Source: an uncultured cyanobacterium (GTDB lineage Bacteria > Cyanobacteriota > Cyanobacteriia > PCC-6307 > Cyanobiaceae). Taken from it: 64,000 nucleotides of DNA. The stretch lies in contig CAVONQ010000010.1 of NCBI GenBank assembly GCA_963697335.1, positions 32,001 through 96,000 on the forward strand, written 5' to 3'. A model generated the notes under the pieces. The model did no database searches and was not told the DNA's origin. It saw only the letters and a program-made list of their open reading frames with translations. The position numbers and the translations under genes were made by a program. Positions 1 through 8,397 of this stretch are shown in pieces (the first letter of the stretch is position 1; each line of letters starts with the position of its first letter).

Positions 1-141
1 GCCATGGGACAGGGCGCAAAGGACGCCGAAGTGACCGCGCGGACAGCGCAAGGGCGGGAGGCCCGCCAGGGCCGAGCGCTTGCGTAGCCCTTGCGCCATT
101 CCGCGCACACTGAGGCAACCAGCGCGCCCAACCCCCTGGCT

Positions 142-660
142 TCAGGCAGCCTTCCTGCGCCTTTCGGCGGGGAGGGTGACGACCAGGCTGGTGGGAGGGA
201 CGCCTGGAAGTCCGTAGAGGCCAGCAGCGACGCTCTGGAGATCGTCCAGGCGGAAGGTGCGGCCGATGTTGCGCAGCTCGATCACGTCCTTGGGTCCGAA
301 GTTGTGGACGCGGAAGCGCTGCATGTGATTGAAGGGCCCGTGCTCCTTGGTGGTGTTGGCGAAGCTGAAGCTGTGGCTGCCGTCGCCCTTGAAGTCGATG
401 ACCGAGTTGACCCGCTTGGTGATCGCTCCGGCCTGGGGCCCGAACTCGATGTGATCGGCGCCCTTGATGCTCCAGCTGGCGGCCATGGCGCGGTCGATCG
501 ACACCTTGCTGACCGGGCCTTTGAGCCTGATGCGGATGCGGTTGATGACGGGCTGACCGGCCCAGCCGTTGTTGCCGCGCAGGATGAGGCGATCGCCCTT
601 GCTGGAGAGGCTGGCGTTGATCCAGTTGGGCAGGCCGCTGACGAAGTCGTTGGGGTCCAT
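142..660 (-). CDS. hypothetical protein (172 aa)
   Basis: ATG-started ORF with protein-like composition and GC3-biased codons; no family recognised. Confidence 0.65.
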   Translation of the reverse strand: MDPNDFVSGLPNWINASLSSKGDRLILRGNNGWAGQPVINRIRIRLKGPVSKVSIDRAMAASWSIKGADHIEFGPQAGAITKRVNSVIDFKGDGSHSFSFANTTKEHGPFNHMQRFRVHNFGPKDVIELRNIGRTFRLDDLQSVAAGLYGLPGVPPTSLVVTLPAERRRKAA

Positions 661-718
661 GGGGAAGCTCCGGTGCGGGCGTGAAGGCGTCCCGCTGTAG
701 AGCTCTTGCCTGCTGCGC

Positions 719-1036
719 TCAGGCCTGCTCGGCCAGCCAGTGGAGAGCGGAGCGAATCACCTCGGCGTGGCAGGGCAGCGGAGCGCACCAGCACATCAGC
801 TCCAGCCGGCCGGCCCGGGCCCGCCCGAGCAGCTGCTCGAGCTCCTGGTGCTGGATCGAGCCGGGCTCCTGCAACCGCCCCCAGAGCCAGCGCCGGTAGC
901 GGGCGATCACCTCAGCGCGGCTGCCATTGCGGCCGAGCTGGAAGGGATTGCCGAGCGGGCTTGGCCGGCCCACATAGGCCTGGCCGGGCAGGGGATCAGA
1001 GAGCCCTCGCCGGGCCTTGCCGATCGTGATTTCCAT
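719..1036 (-). CDS. DUF4326 domain protein
   Basis: Motifs YVGRPSPLGNPF and L.CWCAPLPCHAEVI; start moved to ATG 1036, which follows a GGAGG RBS. Confidence 0.85.
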   Translation of the reverse strand: MEITIGKARRGLSDPLPGQAYVGRPSPLGNPFQLGRNGSRAEVIARYRRWLWGRLQEPGSIQHQELEQLLGRARAGRLELMCWCAPLPCHAEVIRSALHWLAEQA

Positions 1037-1201
1037 GGCGCCTCCGCCGGTGTGCGCCCTGACCACGCTGCCGAAGGTGGCGATGCTGAGGGGTGGCGCC
1101 GGTGGACGCCATGGACATGCGATCCGCAGCGGGGCGTGAGTGCACAGCCCTGAACGGTCAGGCCGGATCGGTCGACCGGTGCTTCCGCCAATCCTGCCTG
1201 T

Positions 1202-1221
1202 TTGCGTACATCTTGCGTACA
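1202..1221. repeat. 9-bp direct repeat TTGCGTACA x2 (11-bp period) beside the tRNA 3' end
   Basis: Exact copies at 1202-1210 and 1213-1221. Confidence 0.7.
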
Positions 1222-1250
1222 AGCCCCAGGCCCAATCCCTGAGAAGTCAA

Positions 1251-1324
1251 TCGGGGCGACAGGATTCGAACCTGCGACCTAGTGCTCCCAAAGCACCCGC
1301 GCTACCAAGCTGCGCCACGCCCCG
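1251..1324 (-). tRNA. trnP: tRNA-Pro(UGG)
   Basis: Reverse complement CGGGGCGTGGCGCAGCTTGGTAGCGCGGGTGCTTTGGGAGCACTAGGTCGCAGGTTCGAATCCTGTCGCCCCGA forms a cloverleaf with TGG anticodon and GTTCGAATC T-loop; CCA not encoded. Confidence 0.97.
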
Positions 1325-1368
1325 TCGGGGCAGAGTTTACCGCTCGGTGCCGCTCAGCTCTGTGCTGC

Positions 1369-2178
1369 TCAGCCCAGGGCCCCTGCCCCATCGGCAGCCG
1401 GCAGCACCTGCCGGTAGCCGTTGGCCTCGATCAGCTGCAGGGGGGTGTCGAAGAGGTCGCTCAAGGGGCCGGCCTGGAGCAGCTCGGCCGCTGGGCCATC
1501 CCCTACCAGCTGCCCCTGGCGCAGCAGCAGGCAGCGGCTGATCTCAGGAATGATCGCCTCGATCTGGTGGGTCACCAGCAGCAGGGTGGTGCCGCGGCGG
1601 GTCAGGTCCCTGAGGATGGCGAGCAGCTGGTGGCGGGCCTTGAGATCGAGGCCGTTGGTGGGCTCATCGAGCACCAGCACCTCGGGGTCGTGCACCAGGG
1701 CCCGGGCCAGCAGCAGGCGGCGTCGCTGGCCATCGGAGAGCTCCCGGAAGGGCCGTTCGGCCAGATCCGCCAGGTGCAGCTCGGCCATCAGCTCCGCCAC
1801 CCGCCGCTGCTGGGCGGCGCTGGGCTGCTGGCTGCGGCCCAGGCCAACGGAGCCGAAGAAACCGGAGAGCACCACATCCCGCCCCCTCACCCCGCCGCTG
1901 TAGTAGGCCTGCAGCTGCTCTGACACCAGGCCGATGCGGCTGCGCAGGGCCCAGAGGTTCACGGTATCGCTGCCGAAGATCCGCAGCCAGGAGCCCGGCT
2001 GCACCACCGGGTACAGGCTGCGGCAGAGCAGCTTGATCAGGGAGCTCTTGCCGGAGCCGTTCGGGCCCAGGATCACCGTGTGTTCGCCGGGGAACAGCTG
2101 CAGGCTGAGGTTCTCGAACACTGGCCGCGGGCCCAGGTAGGCGGTCACGGCACGCAGGTCGAGGTAGGGCTCTGCCAT
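1369..2178 (-). CDS. ABC transporter ATP-binding protein (ModF/YlmA-like)
   Basis: Walker A GPNGSGKS, signature LSDGQ, Walker B VLVLDEP, H-loop VTH. Confidence 0.9.
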   Translation of the reverse strand: MAEPYLDLRAVTAYLGPRPVFENLSLQLFPGEHTVILGPNGSGKSSLIKLLCRSLYPVVQPGSWLRIFGSDTVNLWALRSRIGLVSEQLQAYYSGGVRGRDVVLSGFFGSVGLGRSQQPSAAQQRRVAELMAELHLADLAERPFRELSDGQRRRLLLARALVHDPEVLVLDEPTNGLDLKARHQLLAILRDLTRRGTTLLLVTHQIEAIIPEISRCLLLRQGQLVGDGPAAELLQAGPLSDLFDTPLQLIEANGYRQVLPAADGAGALG

Positions 2179-2278
2179 CGGTGTCGGAGCCCTGCAGGCG
2201 CTGATGTTGCGATTCTGGCGGTCAGCGATCGGCGCCTCGGCCGGCTCTGCTTAGCGTTGGCTTGCCTCGCCCGCGCCC

Positions 2279-3166
2279 ATGGCCCGCACCGCCCTGCGCC
2301 TGGCAAGCAACGTGCCCGGCCCCTTCTACGTCGACTCCAACTGCATCGACTGCGGCACCTGCTGGCAGTGGGATCCCCACCACTTCGCCCCCACCGGCAG
2401 CAGCTCCCACGTGGTGCACCAGCCGGAGGGGGAGCCGGAGATCGCCCAGGCCCTGCTGGCCCTGCAGGCCTGCCCGGTGGCGGCGATCGGGGCCACCACG
2501 GAGCTGTTGCGCCACACCCCGGCCGAGGGCTTCCCGGCCTTGCTGTTCTCCCACCCGGCCGGCGACATCTATTACTGCGGCTGGACGTCGCGCCGCAGCT
2601 TCGGGGCCAGCAGCTATCTGGTGGTGCGCCCCGAGGGCAATGTGCTGATCGACAGCCCCCGCTTCAACGGCCACCTGGCCCGCCGCCTGGAGGCCCTTGG
2701 CGGCGTGGCGGCCATTCTGCTCACCCACCGCGACGACGTGGCCGACCACGCCCGCTGGGCCGAGCGCTTCGGGTGCCCCCGCTGGATTCACCGCGCCGAT
2801 GCCGATGCTGCCCCCGGCGCTGAGCAGTTGGTGGAGGGCCAGGCGCCGGAGCTGCTCGATCCCGGCCTGCGCCTGATCCCCACCCCCGGCCATACCGCCG
2901 GCTCGATGGTCGCCCTGCTGGGCGAGCAGATCCTGTTCAGCGGCGACCACCTCTGGTGGAGCCCGGGGCAGCGCGCCGTGGTGGCCTCGCGCACCTACTG
3001 CTGGTGGGACTGGCCCAGCCAGGTGGCCTCGGTGGAGCGGCTGCGGGATCTCGATGTGCGCTGGCTGCTGCCGGGCCATGGCGACCGCCACCCCTTTGAC
3101 GCCGGCGCCTGGGGACTAGCGATCGACTGCACACTGGCCTACTGCCGCGGGCTGGCGGCTGGCTGA
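2279..3166 (+). CDS. ferredoxin-fused MBL-fold metallo-hydrolase
   Basis: N-terminal CIDCGTC...CP Fe-S motif; MBL motifs THRDDVADH, PGHT, FSGDH, PGHG. Confidence 0.88.
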   Translation: MARTALRLASNVPGPFYVDSNCIDCGTCWQWDPHHFAPTGSSSHVVHQPEGEPEIAQALLALQACPVAAIGATTELLRHTPAEGFPALLFSHPAGDIYYCGWTSRRSFGASSYLVVRPEGNVLIDSPRFNGHLARRLEALGGVAAILLTHRDDVADHARWAERFGCPRWIHRADADAAPGAEQLVEGQAPELLDPGLRLIPTPGHTAGSMVALLGEQILFSGDHLWWSPGQRAVVASRTYCWWDWPSQVASVERLRDLDVRWLLPGHGDRHPFDAGAWGLAIDCTLAYCRGLAAG

Positions 3167-3201
3167 GGGCTGCTGCTGCTCATTCCAGCTCCTTACTGCC
3201 G

Positions 3202-3669
3202 CTACTGAATCGAGAGATCCAGTCGGTATGCCACGGTCTTGTCCGTGTCGCGGTCGTTGCCCATCAGGTACAGCCGAATCGTGTACTCGCCGCTGCTGGG
3301 CAGATTGATCCGTATCCAGTTCTCCGGCTGCATCGATCCCACGACAATGGCCTCCCCGCTGCTTCCCGGTGGCAGCACGTTGAAGTAGACGGTGCCATGG
3401 CCGTTGGTCTGGGCCCTGTCGACGGAGAGTTCGGCGAACAACTCCTGGCCGGCCTGGGCACTTAACCGGTAGTCGACGTAGCTGCGGCCCTGAAGGCTGC
3501 CGCTCAGCATGGTGCCGTAGTCCCCAGGACGGAACCTCACTGCTTCAGACTGCTGGGCCCGAACTTCAGCGAGAGGCAGCACCGCCGCCATGCCGACGGC
3601 GAGGCTGCCCAGCAGCAGCGCGACAGGGAGGGAAGGCAGGAAGGGGTGCCGCTGCAACTGGCGGAGCAT
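3202..3669 (-). CDS. secreted protein, PliG (g-type lysozyme inhibitor)-like beta-sandwich
   Basis: Signal peptide ending VRA; pattern V.F..G...SG...G..Y.DY...A..GQ...LP.SG.Y..R; start ATG 3669. Confidence 0.7.
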   Translation of the reverse strand: MLRQLQRHPFLPSLPVALLLGSLAVGMAAVLPLAEVRAQQSEAVRFRPGDYGTMLSGSLQGRSYVDYRLSAQAGQELFAELSVDRAQTNGHGTVYFNVLPPGSSGEAIVVGSMQPENWIRINLPSSGEYTIRLYLMGNDRDTDKTVAYRLDLSIQ

Positions 3670-3682
3670 GGTGGTGGCAGTG

Positions 3683-4723
3683 ATGACTTCAGATCTGGAC
3701 CTTACGAGCCGTCCCACCCCCACGCCGCGCCGCATCCTGCTCACCGGGGGCAGTTCCGGCATCGGCTTTGCGGCAGCCCGGCTGCTGCTGGAGCAGGGCC
3801 ATGGGCTGATCCTTCCCTGCCGGGATGCCGTCACCGCCGAGGCCACTGTCGCGCGGCTGCGGGAAGCCCTCGGCAGCGCCGAGCCGAGCCTTCCTGAACC
3901 TGCGCTCAGCGCCCCGGTGGCGGATCTGGCCGACCTCAGCAGCGTTGAGCGCTGCGCCGCCGCCTTGCTGGAGCGCGGCGAGCCCATCGACACCCTGGTG
4001 CTCAATGCCGGCCTCCAGGACAGTGGTGCCCCGCAGCCCCGCCGGTCCGCCCAGGGCTATGAGCTCACCATCGCCGTGAACCACCTGGCCCACCTGGCCC
4101 TTGCCCTGCGGCTGCTGCCCCTGCTCAAGGCCGGCCGGGACCCGCGGGTGGTGGTCACCGCCTCGGAGGTGCACGACCCCACCACCCCCGGCGGCCGGGT
4201 CGGCCCCCCGGCGGGCCTCGGCGACCTGGAGGGTCTGCGCTCGGGCCCCGGCTTCGAGATGGTGGCAGGAGGCCAGGCCTTTCAGGCCGACAAGGCCTAC
4301 AAGGACAGCAAGCTCTGCAACCTGCTCTTTGCCCGGGAGCTGGAGCGGCGTCTGCGCCAGCGGGGCACGCCGCTGCCGGTGCTGGCCTGGAGCCCCGGGC
4401 TGGTGATCCCGCGTGAGAACGGCGGCTTCTTTCGCTCCAGCCGCCGCCACAATGAACTGGGTCAACGCCTGTTCGCCCTGGTGGCCCGCGATCTGCTGCG
4501 GGTCACCGCCACTCCTGCCCAGGCCGGTGCCCTGCTGGCCCGCCTGGCCACCGATCCCGAGGAAGGCAGCCCCGGCTTCCGCTACCGCTGCAACCAGGTG
4601 CTGGGTCCGGGGCGGCTGCGCGAGGCCCTGGTGGAGCCCAGCGCCGAGGCCCACGATGACGCCCTGGCGGAGCGCCTCTGGACGATCAGTGCCGGCCTGG
4701 TGGGCTTGCCGCCGGAGGTATGA
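3683..4723 (+). CDS. SDR oxidoreductase, protochlorophyllide reductase-like paralogue
   Basis: [27 protein letters not shown] (YxxxK motif identical to por at 37004); start ATG 3683. Confidence 0.85.
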   Translation: MTSDLDLTSRPTPTPRRILLTGGSSGIGFAAARLLLEQGHGLILPCRDAVTAEATVARLREALGSAEPSLPEPALSAPVADLADLSSVERCAAALLERGEPIDTLVLNAGLQDSGAPQPRRSAQGYELTIAVNHLAHLALALRLLPLLKAGRDPRVVVTASEVHDPTTPGGRVGPPAGLGDLEGLRSGPGFEMVAGGQAFQADKAYKDSKLCNLLFARELERRLRQRGTPLPVLAWSPGLVIPRENGGFFRSSRRHNELGQRLFALVARDLLRVTATPAQAGALLARLATDPEEGSPGFRYRCNQVLGPGRLREALVEPSAEAHDDALAERLWTISAGLVGLPPEV

Positions 4724-4939
4724 GTGTGAAGCACTCTTTCCATCGGTGAAGAGGGATGTCGAGTGCGCCGCTGCATCTGGACACCACCACTGTTTGCTCC
4801 GAAGCTGTGCTCAACAGATCTCGGAGGCTCCTTTGGACGACACTCCGCCCAACCAGATGCCAGGAGCGAACTGACGTTCGGACCCTGCTCCAACAATCTC
4901 GAACCATTCCCGACTGTTCCAGTGCTCAACCATGTGCCC

Positions 4940-5128
4940 ATGGCAGGGTTGATGCACACTCTTCCCGCACCGCCCACCGGCACGGTTCATCCCAGGCCAT
5001 CAGGTGCCCCAGAGTCACCGGAACGTCCATTTAGAGCCATGGCCCCAGGTGCCATTGTCAGGCAGCTCCGCCCCACAATTGAATACAACCGTTCTGACGA
5101 TCTGATCGATCGCGACATTGGGTGCTGA
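4940..5128 (+). CDS. possible small hypothetical protein (~62 aa)
   Basis: ATG-started 3' part of ORF 4763..5128 in an otherwise empty gap, followed directly by a terminator hairpin. Confidence 0.4.
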   Translation: MAGLMHTLPAPPTGTVHPRPSGAPESPERPFRAMAPGAIVRQLRPTIEYNRSDDLIDRDIGC

Positions 5129-5154
5129 AGTGATCTTCGGCCCTAGCCAGAGAG

Positions 5155-5190
5155 ACAAAGCCCGACGTGTGCAACGCCGGGCTTTGTTGT
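5155..5190. terminator. intrinsic, probably bidirectional terminator
   Basis: ACAAAGCCCG (5155-5164) / CGGGCTTTGT (5178-5187) 10-bp stem between convergent ORFs. Confidence 0.75.
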
Positions 5191-5233
5191 GGGCTCGATT
5201 GTGCGTGGGCAGGGCTGAGTTCGTGCAGCTGCC

Positions 5234-5680
5234 TCAGCGGTTCAGACGCTGCATCTGCCAGGTGACCAGCGTGCCGATGGGGCTCCACAGCAGGTAGGGC
5301 ACCAGCAGCAGCCAGGCAGCTGTGCCGAGGGGGGCAACAGTGATGCAGAGCGCGACGCCCCAGATCCAGCCCGCCATGCCCACCAGGGTGCCGTTGCGCA
5401 GGCTGCGGGTGCGGCCGATCACCAGGGTGTAGCTCTGCACCAGCACCAGCAGACCCAGGTAGCCGCCCATCAGTGCAAAGCTCCGGCTCGCCATCCAACC
5501 CAGCAGCGCCGACCCATAGAAACAGGCATAGATCGTGATCCAGATCACCGGGATCAGCCGCTCAAAGCTGAGCCAGGCGGGGCGCCGCTGCTGCAGAAAC
5601 CAGGCGAAGTCCTGGCGGGATGGATTCAGCAGCGAGGCCACAGCCACCATCGTCGCCAGGATCACAGCAGCAGCGAGCAC
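5234..5680 (-). CDS. tspO: TspO/MBR family tryptophan-rich sensory protein
   Basis: WF..RRPAW, IPVIWITIY, LLVPYLLW motifs; multiple TM segments. Confidence 0.85.
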   Translation of the reverse strand: MLAAAVILATMVAVASLLNPSRQDFAWFLQQRRPAWLSFERLIPVIWITIYACFYGSALLGWMASRSFALMGGYLGLLVLVQSYTLVIGRTRSLRNGTLVGMAGWIWGVALCITVAPLGTAAWLLLVPYLLWSPIGTLVTWQMQRLNR

Positions 5681-5877
5681 AGGTGTTGTTGCGAGGAAGG
5701 GTGGAAGCGGTGGGCCCAGCCGTGCCGCTGGCCTGTTGATTCTCCCTCAGCCCAGGTCGTGAAGACAGCAGATCTGGAGGCTCTTTCGGACGATGCTCCA
5801 CCCGATCAGCCTCCACGGGATGGAGCCCCAGCGCTGCAGGAAGGCCCAGATGGAGGCACGATCCGGTGGAGGCGACC

Positions 5878-7239
5878 ATGGCTGTCAGCCGTCCCCGCCC
5901 AAGCAGTGCCCCCGTGAACACACCCCAGCATCCGATCACCCTGAGCCTGCGCGGCCGTCTGACGTTTGCGCTCAACCGGCTAGGCGAGAAGCTCTGGGCC
6001 AAGCCCCTTCTCCTGGTCCTGGTGTCGCTGCTGGCCGTGGGGCTGGCCCACCTGGCCGACCGCCTGGCGCCGGGGCTGTTGCTGCCCGACATCACCCAGG
6101 ACACCCTGGAAACGCTCCTGCGGATCATCTCCTCGAGCATGCTCGTGATCGCGGTTTTCGCGGTGGGCTCGATGCTGTCGGCCTATGCCTCCGCAGGCAC
6201 CACCGCCACTCCGAGGGCCCTCACCCTGGTGGTGGCCGATGACGTGTCGCAGTACGCCCTCTCCACGTTCATCGGTGCCTTCATCTTCGGCATCGTGGCC
6301 CTGATCGCCCTGATGAATGGCCTCTACGGCCGCACGGGCCGGTTCGCCCTGTTCCTGCTCACCCTGGCGGTATTCGCGGTGGTGGTGCTCAGCTTCGTGA
6401 CCTGGGTGGATCGCCTTGCCCGGCTGGGCCGGGTGACCAACACCATTGGCCGGGTGGAGGAGGCGGCCGCCATGGCCCTGCAGGATCGGGCCCGGCAGCC
6501 CACCTTGGGGGCAAGGGCCCTGGCCCGCTCGCCCGCAGCCGCTCCGGGCGCCGCAGCGGCTCAGCCGGTGCTGGCCAGCAGCGTCGGCTACCTCCAGCGC
6601 ATCGATCTCGGCTCCCTGCAGCTGCTGGCGAAGGCGAACGGGGCCGAGATCCGGGTGCTGCGCCTGCCGGGAGCCTTCATCACCACCACCCGGGTGCTGG
6701 CCCAGGTGGAGGCCGAGGCTCCCCTGCCGCCTGATCAGCTGCAGCGGATCGCCCACACCTTTCTGATCGGCAATCGCCGCACCTTTGACGACGACCCCCG
6801 CTTTGGCCTGGTGGTGCTCTCGGAAATCGCCAGCCGCGCCCTGTCGCCAGCCGTGAATGACCCCGGCACGGCCATCCATGTGATCGGCACCGTGGTGCGG
6901 CTGGTCACTGACTGGGCCCAGACCAGCCTCGAGGAGAGCCGTTCGTCGGCCTCGGCCCCCCGCTTCGGACACCTGTGGCTGCCTGAGCTGGCCCTGGACG
7001 ATCTGCTGGAGGATGCCTTCGCCGCCATGGCCCGCGATGGAGCGGCGTCGTTGGAGGTGGGCCTGCGCCTGCAGAAGGGCCTGCATCAGCTCAGCCTGCT
7101 GCCCCTGCCGGAGCTGCGCCAGGCGGCCATGCTCCAGGCCGAACTGGCCCTGGAGCATGGCGAGCTGGCCCTGCGGCTGGAGCGGGAGCGCGAGCGGCTG
7201 CGGCGGGCGGCCGCCTGGGTGTTGCCGCCGTCAGGCTGA
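5878..7239 (+). CDS. DUF2254 family membrane protein
   Basis: TATPRA, GYLQRID, DPRFGLVVLSEIASRALSPAVNDPGTA motifs. Confidence 0.88.
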   Translation: MAVSRPRPSSAPVNTPQHPITLSLRGRLTFALNRLGEKLWAKPLLLVLVSLLAVGLAHLADRLAPGLLLPDITQDTLETLLRIISSSMLVIAVFAVGSMLSAYASAGTTATPRALTLVVADDVSQYALSTFIGAFIFGIVALIALMNGLYGRTGRFALFLLTLAVFAVVVLSFVTWVDRLARLGRVTNTIGRVEEAAAMALQDRARQPTLGARALARSPAAAPGAAAAQPVLASSVGYLQRIDLGSLQLLAKANGAEIRVLRLPGAFITTTRVLAQVEAEAPLPPDQLQRIAHTFLIGNRRTFDDDPRFGLVVLSEIASRALSPAVNDPGTAIHVIGTVVRLVTDWAQTSLEESRSSASAPRFGHLWLPELALDDLLEDAFAAMARDGAASLEVGLRLQKGLHQLSLLPLPELRQAAMLQAELALEHGELALRLERERERLRRAAAWVLPPSG

Positions 7240-7267
7240 CGACCTGCCCGTCGCTCGGCTCCGCGAT

Positions 7268-7717
7268 TCACCAGGGCAGGGGAGTGCGCCCGACACCGAC
7301 ATTGCAGCCCACCTGGGATCCCAGCAGGGCGCCGAGTGGCACGGCCCAGGCTCGCCCCTCATCCTGGGAGGCCACATAGCCGGCGCCGCCACCCAGCAGG
7401 CCCCCCACCAGGCGACCGGTGTTGCAGCGCTGGGCATCGCGCTCCAGGTCGGCCCGCAGCTGGTCCACCCGGGATTCCCGGCGGTAGGGCACGGTCTGGA
7501 CCGGGACATTGGCGTAGCGCCTGGGGCTGCGCTCCACCGTGCGCACCACGGTGCGGGTCTGCCTGGCCGGCTGCTGTCTGACCGGCACCAGCACATAGGT
7601 GGGTTGTTGCCGCCAGCCGCGGGGGGCCGCCAGGGCTGCGGGGGCTGCGCTGAGGCTGAGCAGCCCGGCGGTGCCGAGCAGAAGGCAGAGGCGATGGCGA
7701 AGGGTGAGCTTGGTCAT
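7268..7717 (-). CDS. glycine-zipper 2TM domain secreted protein
   Basis: Signal peptide; C..GRLVGGLLGGGAG...LGALLGSQVGC glycine zipper; start ATG 7717. Confidence 0.75.
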   Translation of the reverse strand: MTKLTLRHRLCLLLGTAGLLSLSAAPAALAAPRGWRQQPTYVLVPVRQQPARQTRTVVRTVERSPRRYANVPVQTVPYRRESRVDQLRADLERDAQRCNTGRLVGGLLGGGAGYVASQDEGRAWAVPLGALLGSQVGCNVGVGRTPLPW

Positions 7718-7937
7718 GGTGGTGAACGGGTGAGGAGGGGTCCCTTTGGGGGATGACCTCACTCAACCGATCCCGTGTGTCTGGGCCGTGAACGGCTCCA
7801 GGCGCAGGTGTGACCGGATCCTTCCAGCGGCATGGGCCGCTCCTGCAGGAAGGGAGGCAGATCCTGGCCCGGCTCAGCCAGGTGGGCAGCCAGGCATCAA
7901 GCCCGATGCAGGGCCCGGTGGAGAGCGGCTGAGGCCG

Positions 7938-8351
7938 TCAGCTCAGCAGGGCGATGCAGTCGATCTCCACCCGGGCCCCCTTCGGCAGGGCCGCCACCTC
8001 CACGCAGGCGCGGGCCGGTGCCACCTCGCCGCTGAAGGTGGCGGCGTAGAGCGCGTTCACGGTGGCGAAATCGGCCAGATCCGCCAGGTACACCGTGGTG
8101 CGCACCACCTGGGCCGGTGTGGCCCCAGCCGCCGCCAGCACCGCCTCCAGGTTGCTCAGCACCTGGCGGGTTTCCGCCTCCACATCCCCGTCCCCCACCA
8201 GCGCGCCGCTGAGGGGATCCAGGGCGATCTGGCCTGAGCAGAACAGCAGCCCTCCGGCCTGCACAGCCTGGTTGTAGGGGCCCACCGGAGCGGGGGCCGC
8301 GGCGGTGTTGACGGCGATCGCCGTGGAAACGGAGGGCTGGGGGGTGGTCAT
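7938..8351 (-). CDS. ridA: RidA/YjgF enamine-imine deaminase
   Basis: APAPVGPYNQA, SGQI, PARACV, LPKGARVEID. Confidence 0.93.
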   Translation of the reverse strand: MTTPQPSVSTAIAVNTAAAPAPVGPYNQAVQAGGLLFCSGQIALDPLSGALVGDGDVEAETRQVLSNLEAVLAAAGATPAQVVRTTVYLADLADFATVNALYAATFSGEVAPARACVEVAALPKGARVEIDCIALLS

Positions 8352-8397
8352 CGCTGGGCGGCTGGCTGCCAGGCGGATGACTCATCATGAGTCCTGC

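Noticed and set aside
589..596. HIP1 octamers (GCGATCGC) scattered through the window
   Set aside because: A known cyanobacterial motif; enrichment over GC expectation cannot be judged without counting, and it is not specific to this locus.
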